64,000 nt of DNA from positions 806,001-870,000 of the forward strand of contig NW_027142279.1 of NCBI RefSeq assembly GCF_036365525.1, given 5' to 3'. The position numbers and the translations under genes are program-made. Below the pieces are notes generated by a model, which was given only the letters and a program-made list of their open reading frames with translations, had not been told where the DNA came from and ran no database searches. Shown here piece after piece: positions 12,025 through 23,247 of this stretch; the stretch's first letter is position 1, and each line of letters starts with the position of its first letter. Origin of the DNA: Heterodontus francisci (Eukaryota).

Positions 12025-13221
12025 CACTGGAGGGTGAAGGATCCGTGTGGTTTTAGATGAAATGACTGAGCACTTTTATTGTAGAGTATCTCAAAGTTCT
12101 CGGCACTGACTGAAATTCACAGCTTCCTTCTCCATCACTTTATCATTCAGATAGGCGGGACCCAGTTTTCTTTCATTTCCGGGTAGGGACCAATGTTTGA
12201 CGCCTGTTAATCGCTTTCTGGAATTGCAGTTCAGTGTCATTGACATCTGCAGCCCGATCATTCGGGGCCCTGTCCAAATCTGTGCACACAGTATTCCAGG
12301 TGTGTTCTCACCAAAACCCAATGCAAGTGTAACACGACTTCCTTATTCTTGTTCTCCCATCCCCCATGCAACAAAGACCAACATGCCTGTAATTCAACAG
12401 AATCACTTCATTGGCTGTCGAACTCCTTGGGAAGTTCCAGATCGGCTTTCCAACTTTCTCCCCTCTTTCAGATACTGACGTTGACTATATAGAATTGCAG
12501 ACAATATAGAACACAGAATCAGGTGAACGGATCTATACAGGTGTTGATGTTCCACAGATACATCCTTTCATCCCTCTTTATCTCATCTTCTCAGCATCTC
12601 CTGTCAATCCTTTCTGCCTCGTATGTCTACTAGTATCCCACTGAATACTATTTGCCTCCACCACTGCCTTTGGTGGTTCGTTCCCCATTCTCACCAATCT
12701 CTGGGTAATGAAGTTTGTCCTGAATTCACGTCTGGATTTGTACTGAGTATTTTATACCTTATAGTTCTGGTCTTGGGCCTCAAGTGAAAATATCTTCTCT
12801 ACGACTATCCTATCAAACCTATTAATAATATTAAAGACTTCTTATCTGGGCACCCCTCATTTCTAGAGAAGGACCCCTGCCTGTTCGATCTCTACTGTTA
12901 TGTATAATTATACCGTGATCTAAATGTGGTCTAACCAATGTATATAGACGCCAGAACTGTGCTCAGTGCTCCAGTTGTGATCTAACCAATGTATAATGAG
13001 AATGGAACAGTGCACAGTTCTCCAAATGAAGTCTAACCAAGGAATGAGGAGTCCTGAGATGTTCACAGTGCACCCAGTGTGTTTTAACCAAGGAGGTTGG
13101 AGGCCAAACATGTGCAAATTCCAATTTTGGAACCCAGGTACATGATGATAAAACTGTGGATCAGGCCCTGCTCTTTGAGTTCGTGGAAAAATTACGTGAG
13201 TTTGAGGTCAGTCTGTATGTG

Positions 13222-14146
13222 GTTCTTTGTCTCGACAGTGGATAACTCTGAACTGCTTTGTCCTGTCAGTCACTGTAAATAAATGCACCTCCACATTGAC
13301 CTTACCTTGGAGAACCTACAGTCGACACTTCAAAGCACAGGAGAAGTAACACCAGAGGAGCCTCCACATTAACCTCCAAATCCAGTGGCAAAACAGGTAG
13401 TCCAACAGCATCGTCCTCTCCCAAACCAATCTGTCTAGTGTCAGGGTTCGAGTCACCCATAACCAGCTCCACTGGCTGGGACATGTCATTCACATTCCTG
13501 CCACCAGACTCCCCAAAGAAGCAGTTCTACTCAGAACTTAGCCGTGTCAGGAGACTCCCAGGAGGACAGCGGAAACGTTTTAGAGATGTCCTCACAGCAT
13601 CCCTGGAGAGATGAAACATCCGCATTGACTCCTGGGAGAACATGGCTCCTGAACATCCCAGTTGGAGAAAGGACATACGGGAAGGCATTGGACACCTCGA
13701 GGAACTTAAGGAACATGCAGAGGCAAGGCCGAGGCATCGGAGGGAGCGCACAAACCTGCAAACTACTCACCTGTCTGATCCTCAAAGCACCACCTGCCCA
13801 TCATGTGACAGAGTCTGCAGATCATACACTGGACTCATCAGCCATCTCAGAACCCATTGAACCGGAGTGGAAGCAAGTCATCCTCAATCCAGGGGGAACT
13901 GCCTAAGAAGGTGAACTCTCTCCAGCTTCCGGGTTAATTTATTATTTTGCACCATTCTGCAAAAGCAAACCCGCTGTTAAAACCTCAACATACTGAGTTT
14001 CACCTCCTCAAAGAACAGACCTGATTAATACAGCACCTCCACCAGCGGTGTGAGGATATCACAACATGTCATTGTGAAGCCTTCTGTTCTGAAAACTGTC
14101 CCTCACTTGATCACATGAAGTGAGCACCAGATCTCCCGTTTTCCAC
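13222..14146 (-). pseudogene. Second copy of the RTE-split family-E V pseudogene
   Basis: Paralog of 8633-9557. Heptamer CAAAGCA at 13254-13260; the splice acceptor is also mutated. Confidence 0.72.
13302..13910 (+). mobile_element. RTE-clade LINE 3' fragment (duplicated with the 4.6-kb unit)
   Basis: Same junctions as 8713-9320; encodes TCPSCDRVCRSYTGLISHLRTH. Confidence 0.8.
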
Positions 14147-16016
14147 CAGGAAACAGGGAACATGGGGGGCAAATGTTACTTTACACTTGGCACGATACAT
14201 GTGGGAGTTGTGCTAAAGTCAGGATGGACATTCAGGCTCTCTCCTAGTTTCCTACAAACACCTGGGACTATGTAATTGTAAAATAGAAACTGGAAATCTA
14301 CAAACTGGCATCTGGCTGCAACTATTTCAAGGTTGGACTGATATTAATGTCACTTAATGACCCCAAAAGGATCAGATTTAAAGATCATCTACCTGATATC
14401 AAATCATTGATTTGTTTGACATTGCCAGAATATTTTGTGTGAAATAGTTGAGAAGTGAAACATTTCAGAAGCAGCCAAGTTGACCTGCAGAGCTGCTGTG
14501 GGTAAAGCTCACTCTGTCTGAGCATGTTCTGGGCAGCGGCGACACTAGAGTAACACTGGCACCTAGTGGCTTCACGTGCAACTGCAAGCACCGATTCTGC
14601 AGGCGTTTCAGTCTCAGACTCTAAAATTGTATCAGTCATTGGCTTTGTTATCCTACTCGACTCCCGTTTGCGCTTGTGGCATAGAACCAGATGGAAGTTA
14701 ATGCACTCTTCCGCGCCATTCGGCCAGACAGCTCTCTGCTTCACTCAAGCCGCAACCAGTCAAATACATTTTGAAGTGCAGTCACTGTTGTAATGTCGGG
14801 AAGGAGGCAGACAAGCTGCAAGATCAAGTGCAGGGATATTCAGAAAGAACAGGGAGTGGGAGTAATTGGACAGGGAAGATGAAAACGAGGGATCATAAAT
14901 GTAAGGTTGTCCTTAATAAATCCAATTGGGAATTCAGAAGGAGGTTCTTTAACCCAGGGAGCGGTCAGAATGTGGAATTCGCGACCAACTGGAATGGGTT
15001 GAGGTCGAATAGAGACAATACTGTTAAGGGGGGAGCTCAATAAATACATGAGTGAGAAAGGAATAGGAGAATCTGTTGATAGGGTAGGATGAAGAGAGAT
15101 GGGAGGAGGTCGCTCTTTCGAACAGCCAGGCCAGGATCGATGGGCTGAATGGCCTGGATTTGTCCTGCATTATTCTATGATCCAATAAGACCCATCAACC
15201 TGCTGCCTTGTTTCAGGGCCAAGACAGTTTCATTCCCCACCCACACCTCCCCCACCCCCTTCCCCCACTTGTACTAAACGGGAGCTAAAGGGTTAAGTTC
15301 TTCACCGCACTGAACTCCAGTCATTGTGAAAATTCTTCAAAAGACACCGAGAGACTGAGAGACAAGTGGGTTAACAGTTTTGAACAGATGCTGAAGCCGC
15401 CGTCTGGAGGCAGGTGTTCCAGTCAGAGACGGATCTGGAGAGGTTTCTCGCCTTTGCACTGTATGAATCATCAGAGACATGATTAAAGGTTCCAAGATCA
15501 ACCATTTCCTATTTGTATGGACTTGTGTCCATTGGAGTAATGAGGGTAAGGGGAGATTTTAAAGATGTTGTCAGAAGGGTCTTGAAAGAGAAACTGTATC
15601 CAGAGGGTCGTATCTACTGTCAGGAGGGTCGATAAACCAGGGACCAAGAATTGAAGGTAATTGGGAAAGGAACCAGAGTGGGAGATGAGTGGAATCTTTC
15701 TCCTCAGTGAATTGTTATCATGTGGAGGGCACTGACTGAAAGGGCGGTGGAAGACGATCCAATAGTAACTTCCAGATGTCAATTGGAGAAGCAGATGATG
15801 GGGAGATTTATTAGTGCAATGGAGAACTAGTCAGTGAATGGGAACTGGTCAGACAACTCTGTCAAAGAGCCAGTTCATTCGACAGTAGACATAGAAACTG
15901 ACAGATCGTCAGTGTGTTAGAATGACACCCCAGATAGACAGGTCTATCTCCCATAAGTGAGCTCTGACAATGTCTAGAGTTTTTGCTGAACTCCGGCGCC
16001 TTTCTGAATCACTGTG

Positions 16017-16635
16017 CTGACTCCAGGCACAGTAAGACACGGCTGATTGATTCACCCACAGGCTGGAGGACTCCAGGTAAAAATGGGTGTTTTCGGTTCT
16101 CCTGGCGGTGAAACCGTCCACCTCACCTGAGGGGTTGACCGTTCCGGCGTAGCTGGAATAGAAAAGGTCCTGAGGCTCACGGTCCAGATGCCATCGGTAC
16201 CAGTAGAAAACAGAGCTAGCTGTTGCTTCTGTGTAAATACATTGGATCCTGACTGGAGAGCCTGGGGAATGGGATATGGAAGCGGGAGTCTGTTGGATCA
16301 ACACAGCCCCCACATCTGTAAAACAGAGAGGGAGAGAGAGAGAGAGAGAAATAGAGAGATAAACCCAGGGACAATGTCCAAATCGTTACCAACAAGAAGA
16401 GGTAGAAGTGGGCAGACAGACAGAGATAGAGAGAGCGGTGGGGACCAGTTAGAGGCAGAGAGGCAGAGAGAGAGAGATGAGAGACAGAGAACGAAATATG
16501 GAGGGAGAAGGAGAGAGACAAAGACAGCCAGAGACTGAGAAGCAGAGACACATGTACATCATTGTAACCTCACAGTTCAGGCACCTCCTTACCCGTTAAC
16601 ACCAACAACACAACCCAGAGCTGAGACACAGCCAT
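16017..16635 (-). CDS. TRBV: TCR V segment, family B (leader 16593-16635, V exon 16017-16315)
   Basis: Leader MAVSQLWVVLLVLT with GTAAGG donor. V open, with AVSYCAWS in place of YYC. RSS CACAGTG(16010-16016), 23-bp spacer, GCAAAAACT(15978-15986). Confidence 0.88.
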
Positions 16636-17904
16636 CTCTGGAGGGTGAAGGATCCGTGTGGTTTTATATGAAATGACTGAGAACTTTTATTGTAGAGTAT
16701 CTCAAAGTTCTGGGCACTGACTGGAATTTGCAGCTTCTCTCTCCATCATCTTCATCATTTTCCTAGGCGGAGCCAAGCTTTCTATCTTTGCTCATGGGCT
16801 CACCGAGGACTCGTCATTTCTGGGGAGGGACCAATGTTTGAGCCCCAGCTCATCGGTTTCTGGGCCTGCAGTTCTGTTTCATGTCTTTGAAAGTTGCAGA
16901 AAGGAAGGGAGTAAATGTGATGTAAACTATCTTCTGTGGTGGAGAGGTGATTAAATGAGCGGGTGTGTTGGGATCATCAATACCTTCAATACTCCCCTGA
17001 TCATAACCACATTCATCCTGACACCATCCTCACACTCATCATTACCATCTGAGGCCACATTGTCACCCTCCTCCCGACCGCCAGCATCTGTGTCAGCCTC
17101 ACCCTCAGCAGCCTCATAACCATGAAAAGATGCTCACTCCACCATCATTATCAAGCTTGTTCTCTTCCAATTGTATCTGAATGTATTCAGTGATGGGATG
17201 TGTGCATTGCTGGGAGGGTCATTTCAGAAAAGCTGAGATGTTACAAGAGTAAATGTTCACTTTCTTTCTTAAATATCCATCAGGACTCGGTAACAATGGA
17301 AATGTTAAAGGTTAGACCAGGAGTGGGGTGACAAGTTAACTATTCCATAGATGCACTTGACATGAAGTGAGGAGACCATGGATGGAATGGGAAACATTCC
17401 AATGTGTGTGGATTGAATGAGCAGTGGTGTGGTCCAGCATCGCACCCCTAACCTTCTGGATAGGGTTCTGGGACTTTTTGGAACCTTGTGTGTTACAATG
17501 AACAGCTTCTCCCACACCTCCACATAGCTGAAATCCCTCACGCCCGGTCACCTCCTTGTAAATCTCCTTTGCACCCTCTGCATCCTCCCAACAATGTCAT
17601 GTACAGAAGTGGACGTAGCACACCGGTTGAAGCCAAAACAGGCTTTTTATAAAGGGTTTAGCATCAATTTGTTGCGTTTGTGTTGCATTCAAAATTGTGT
17701 GCGTTAATTCTGCTTAATCAGGGAAAATAGTATGAAACATGCATTTCGGTACGACATTTTTGCTCGGTGGATTTGTTTTGACTTACCTGCAGTTTTTTGG
17801 CACTAAAGTGCCAGCCTTTTTCTTGGCTCCAGTCTGTGGAGTGGGTCCTTCTAACTCAGAGAGGACAGTTCTACCCACTCAGGCAGCGCACGTTGAGTCT
17901 TGAG

Positions 17905-18460
17905 TACCTCACCTCCTGACTCCCCAAAGCCTGTCCACCATCTATAAGGTACAAGTCAGGAGTGTGTTGGAATACTCTCCACTAGAGTGTGGCTCCAACA
18001 ACACTGAAGAAGCTCGATACCATCCAGGACAAAACAGCCCGCTTGATTGGCACCCCATTCACAAACTTTCACCCCTCCACCACCGACGCACAGTGGCAGC
18101 AGTGTGTACTATATAGAAAATGCACTGCAGCAATGCACCAAGGCTCCTTCGACAACACCTTCCAAAACCACGACCTCCAACACCTAGAAGGACAAGGACA
18201 GCAGATGCACGGGAACATCACCAACTGCAGGTTCTCCTTCAAGCCACATGCCATCCTGACTTGGAACTATATCGCCGTTCCTTCACTGTCGCTGGGTCAA
18301 AATCCTGGAACTCCATTCCTAACAGGACCGTGGGTGGACCTACCCCACATGGACTGCAGTGGTTCAAGAAGGCAGCTCACCACCACCTTCTCAAGGGCAA
18401 CTTGGGATGGATAGCAAATGTTGGACTGGTCAGCGATGCTCACATCTCAATAAATAATTA
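17905..18460 (+). mobile_element. LINE 3' fragment (CR1/L2-clade)
   Basis: IYKVQVRSVLEYSPL..APTTLKKLDTIQDKTARLIG..FKKAAHHHLLKG; same family as 3860-4400. Confidence 0.75.
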
Positions 18461-18840
18461 TTTTAAAACTATAAATGAACAGAAGCTGCTTCTTTCGGCA
18501 GAAGGCAACCAGGAGACATTGATTAAATGTAACTGGCAGATGAATAAGTGGGGGGAGGGGGGAGATGTGATGATTTGTTTAAGCAGCGAGTTGTTATGAT
18601 GTGGCTAGCACTGTCTGAAAGGGTGTTGGAAGCACCTTGAACATGAACATTCAAAAGGCAATGGATTGCACACGTGAATGGAATCAATGTGCATGGCTAT
18701 GGGGAAGTAGCAGGGGGGAAGAGCATAAACTGGACAGTTCTTTCAAATAAGCCAGTACGGGGGAGATGGGCCGAATGGTCTCCTTCTGTTCTGTTATCCA
18801 AGATGATTCCATGAACTGGTTGCAGAAAATGAGCAGTCAG

Positions 18841-19240
18841 TCTACTGCTGCCCCCTGCCGGTGGAAGATGAGCACTGAGATTCAATCTACTGCTGCCCCC
18901 TGCCGGTGGAAGATGAGCACTGAGATTCAATCTACTGCTGCCCCCTGCCGGTGGAAGATGAGCACTGAGATTCAATCTACTGCTGCCCCCTGCCGGTGGA
19001 AGATGAGCACTGAGATTCAATCAACTGCTGCTCCCTGCCAGTGGAGGATGAGCACTGAGATTCAATCTACTGCTGCCTCCTGCCGGGGGAAGATGAGCAC
19101 TGAGATTCAATCTACTGCTGCCTCCTGCCGGTGGAGGATGAGCACTGAGATTCAATCCACTGCTGCCGCCTGCTGGTGGAAAATGAGCATTGATATACAA
19201 TCTGCTGCTGCCCCCTGCCGGTGGAAGATGAGCACTGAAC
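18841..19240 (-). repeat. 45-bp tandem repeat, 9 copies, each with a CTCF-consensus-like motif, directly 3' of a V RSS
   Basis: Unit tctactgctgccccctgccggtggaagatgagcactgagattcaa; the minus strand reads CCGGCAGGGGGCAGC. Confidence 0.85.
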
Positions 19241-19297
19241 TCCTGTTCATCCGCTGCAGGTTTTTGCAGCTGAGTATCCGCTTTCTCAAACACTGTG

Positions 19298-20263
19298 CAA
19301 TACTACAAGCGCAGAAATAGACAGCGGTGTGAGATGGAGCGGCGTCTCTCAGTGCCAAAGTAAACAGCGTATCGCTGGCTCTGACTGCCTTAAATGACTC
19401 GGACGTGTAATTGGTAACAGACCCTTCTGTAGCAGAATAGAACAGAGCTTCCAGTGCCCTGTCTGGTTGTTGTCTGTACCAGTACATATAGGAATTGGCA
19501 GTATTGGTCAGCGTGCATCTGAGTGTTGTCGACCCTCCTGCTGCAATCGATAGGATCGAGGGTGACTGTTCCACATAGGAGGAGAGTATTCCTGTGGAAT
19601 GGAACATCGATTAGATTATTATTTCAGTCAATAATGGATTGGAGCAGGGGCTGCATTGCAAGAAAGAAAGGGCTTACATTAATATAGCGCCGTTCAGGAC
19701 CTCCGGACATCAGAAAGTGCTTTGCAACAAATGCAGTTACTCCATCAGTACTGCCTATTCGACAGTGCAGCAGTCCCTCAGTACTGCCTCTGCGACAGTG
19801 CAGCAGTCCCTCAGTACTGCCTCTGCGACAGTGCAGAACTCACTCAGTACTGCCTCTGCGACAGTGCGGCAGTCCCTCAGTACTGCCTCTGCGACAGTGC
19901 AGCAGTCCCTCAGTACTGCCTCTGCGACAGTGCAGAACTCACTCTGTACTGCCTCTGCGACAGTGCAGCACTCCCTCAGTACTGCCTCTGTGACAGTGCA
20001 GCACTCCCTCAGTACTGCTTCTGTGAAAGTGCAGCACTCCCTCAGTACTGCCTCTGCGACAGTGCAGCACTCCCTCAGTCCTGACACGTGGTTTGTCAGC
20101 CTTGACATTGAGCTCAAATGTTCTGGAGTGAGACTCAGACACAGGAGTGTTCCGGACAGAATCACCCCTAACATTACAATACATTATTCGACTCTGTTTC
20201 TGACTTTGACTTACGTGGGAACAGGGCAGGCATCAAGATTAGACAGAGAACTTCGTGCAACAT
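19298..20263 (-). CDS. TRBV: TCR V segment, family C, apparently functional (leader 20215-20263, V exon 19298-19591)
   Basis: Leader MLHEVLCLILMPALFP with GTAAGT donor. V: VEQSPS..LRC..WYRQ..AVYFCACS. RSS CACAGTG(19291-19297), 23-bp spacer, GCAAAAACC(19259-19267). Confidence 0.92.
19746..20078. repeat. 33-bp intronic minisatellite, ~10 copies
   Basis: Unit cagtactgcctctgcgacagtgcagcactccct. Confidence 0.9.
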
Positions 20264-20559
20264 GATTTCTTCATTCGATACTAACTCGATGTGTGAACGT
20301 GTGGAGTTTTCAACAACACACTTGCAGGCGGTTTCTATATTGTATCCAATTAAATACCCAGCATCCGGTTGTCATTGTTATTGGCAGTCACTTACTGCGA
20401 CACTCTGCTCCACCCCATTACATTGTATAGCAATGTTGTAGAATGAGACAACACAGGAGGATAGGGGGAGATTGAATAGAGGTGTTCACATTTCAGAAAG
20501 GGATTTGATAGAGTACAATTCAGGGAAGCAACCCTCTATACCCAGAGAGTGTGCCCATC

Positions 20560-20905
20560 CCTTATTGCCCCTGAGAAGGTGGTGGTGAACCATCTTCGGG
20601 AATACCTGCTGGGCCATATCAGGGCGCAGTTAACAGTCAACCACATTGCTGTGGGTCTGCAGTCACATATAGGCCAGACCGGGTAGGAATGGCGGATTTC
20701 CTTCCCTGAAGGTCATCAATGAAGACGTTGGGTTTTTAAGACACTCCATGTTCAGGATTACTCATACTTTCCATGACAATTTTTTATTTATTTAATTAAT
20801 TGAATTTAAATTGCATTTCTGCCCCGGTGGGAATTGAACTCAAGTCTGGGGATCATCAGTCCAGGCCTCTGGATTACTAGCCCAGTAACATTACTGCCCT
20901 GCTGC
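20560..20905 (-). mobile_element. tRNA-derived SINE-like element (paralog at ~47875-48220)
   Basis: Minus-strand head with B-box-like gagttcaattccc; the body resembles the SINE/LINE tails elsewhere in the window. Confidence 0.5.
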
Positions 20906-21676
20906 CGAACCTCTGTGGTGAATGGGAGTTAAATGGTTAAATTGTTCACTGGTCTGAACTGCTGGCTTCTTTGAAGAACAGATTAAATGTGACTCGAGTC
21001 TGAGGTGAAAGTGGGTAAAGAGTTTTCAGCATCTTCTGAACTCGCTGTCAGGAGGCAGGTGTCCCAGAGATGAAGTTATCTGGAGAGGGGTTTCGCCTTT
21101 GAACAGTGTGAAACAGCGCTCAGATGGTTAATGGTTCTGTGCTGAGTTAGTTCCTGTGCATTGGGGGGTTGTTCGCCTCTGTTTTGTGAAGGTTAGAGGG
21201 AGATTAACCAGACTGGTATCAGGGATGAGGGACTTCAGTTACTGTGGAGAGACTGGAGAAGCTGGGGGTTTCTGCCCTTAGAGCAGAGAAGGTTAATTAG
21301 ATGTGATACAGATATTGAAGATCATAGAGGATTTTGATAGATAATTGATGACAAATCACATCTTCTACTGGTCAATATATAGAAAATCTATGAAAAGATG
21401 GTCATTCATTACATTACTGCAGTATGTTTAATTAGTTCAAACAAACTGTAATTACCTAAAGATAGAGTTAGATAGATAGAGAGACAGAGAGATAGATAAC
21501 CAGGTAAAGAGATAGATAGATAGAGAGACAGAGAGATAAACAATCAGGTGGACAGATAGATATGAACAATAAGCTTCAATCTACTGCTGCCCCCTGCCAG
21601 TTGAAGATGAGCACTGAACTCCCGTTCATCCGCTGCAGGTTTTTGCAGCTGAGGATCCGCTTTCTCAAACACTGTG

Positions 21677-22544
21677 CGATACTACAAGCGCAGAAATAGA
21701 CAGCGGTGTGAGATGGAGCGGCGTCTCTCAGTGCCAAAGTAAACAGTGTATTGCTGGGTCTGTCTGCCTTAAATGACTCGGACGTGTAATTGGTGACAGA
21801 CCCTGTTCCAGCAGAATTGAACAGAGCTTCCAGTGCCCTGTCTGGCTGTTGTCTGTACCAGGACATTGTAGGATAGCCAGTATTCTTCAGCGTGCATCTG
21901 AGTGTTGTCGACTCTCCTGCGGAAAGCGATAGGATAGAGGGTGTCTGTTCCACATTGGAGGCGAGTATTCCTGTGGGACGGAACATCGATTAAATTATTA
22001 TTTCAGTCAATAATGGACTGGAGCAGGGGCTGCATTACAAGAAAGAGAGGGCTTACATTAATATATCGCCGTTCAGGACCTTAGGGCATCAGAAAGGGCT
22101 TTGCAACCAATGTAGTTACTCCCTCAGTACTGCCTCAGCGACAGTGCAGCACTCCTTCAGTACTGCCTCTGCAACAGTGCGGCACTCCCTCAGTACTGCC
22201 TCTGCGACAGTGCTGCACTCCCTCAGTACTGCCTCTGTGACAGTGCTGCACTCCCTCAGTACTGCCTCTGCGACAGTGCAGCACACCCTCAGTACTGCCT
22301 CTGCGACAGTGCAGCACACCCGCAGTACTGCCTCTGCGACAGTCCAGCACTCCCTCAGCCCTGACACCTGGGGTGTTAGTTTTGACTTTGAGCTCAAGTG
22401 TTCTGGAGTGAGACTCTGACACAGCAGTGTTATGGAACAGAATCACCGCTGACATTACAATACATTATTCGACACAGTTTCTGACTTTGACTTACGTGGG
22501 AAGAGTGCAGCCATCAAGATTAGACTGAGAACTTCATGCAACAT
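21677..22544 (-). CDS. TRBV: TCR V segment, family C, apparently functional (leader 22496-22544, V exon 21677-21970)
   Basis: Leader MLHEVLSLILMAALFP. V ends YFCACS. RSS CACAGTG(21670-21676), 23-bp spacer, GCAAAAACC(21638-21646). Single CTCF-like unit at ~21580-21620; ~7 intronic 33-mers. Confidence 0.92.
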
Positions 22545-22969
22545 GGTTTCTTCATTCGATACTAACTCGATGTGTGAACGTGTGGAGTTTTCAACAACGC
22601 ACTTGCAGGCGGTTTCTATATTGTATCCAATTAAAAACCCAGCATCCGGTTGTCATTGTGATTGGCAGTCACTTACTGCACACTCTGCTCCACCCCATTA
22701 CATTGTGTAGCAATGTTGTTGAATGATACAACACAGGAGGATAGGGGGAGATTGAATAGAGGTGTTCACATTTCAGAAAGGGATTTGATAGAGTAGAATT
22801 CAGGGAAACAACCCTCTGTACCCGGAGAGTGTGCCCATCCCTTATTGCCCTTGAGTTGGTGGTGGTGAACCATCTTCGGGAATACCTGCTGGGCAGTTAA
22901 TAGTCAACAACATTGCTGTTGGTCTGGAGGCACATATAGGCCAGACCGTGTAAGAACGGGATATTTCAC

Positions 22970-23247
22970 TATGTTCACTATGGAGAAGGATGATGTAGGT
23001 GTAGATATCAGGGAGGGGGGTTGTGATATACTTGAACATATTAGCTTTTAAAGGGAGGAGTATTAGCTGTTTTCGCAGTCTTAAAAGTGGATAAGACCGC
23101 AGCCCGGATGAGACATATCCCAGGCTGTTATGTGAGGCAAGGGAGGAGATTTCAGGGCCTCTGACACAAATTTTCAATTCTCTCTGGCCACAGGAGTGGT
23201 CTCAGAGGACTGGAGGACAGCGAATGTTGTACCATTATTCAAGAAGG
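22970..23247 (+). mobile_element. CR1 LINE internal fragment (paralog ~50150-50430)
   Basis: Degenerate KVDK..PDETYPRLL..EDWRTANVVPLFKK motif. Confidence 0.7.

Larger units (their letters stand above)
5950..16850. repeat. Tandem segmental triplication, ~4.6-kb period (family-B V, with a split family-E pseudogene between successive copies)
   Basis: Homologous landmarks recur at 6807/11390/16010 (heptamers), 8713/13302 (RTE insert) and 6060/10770/15390. Confidence 0.9.

Noticed and set aside
19746-20078. GACAGTG in the 33-mer as an array of cryptic RSSs
   Set aside because: It lacks the invariant CAC and has no nonamer.
18766-20265. Repetitive ORFs (STAAPCRWKM.., STASATVQ..) as protein-coding genes
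   Set aside because: They are translations of 45-bp and 33-bp minisatellites; unit lengths divisible by three keep the frames open.
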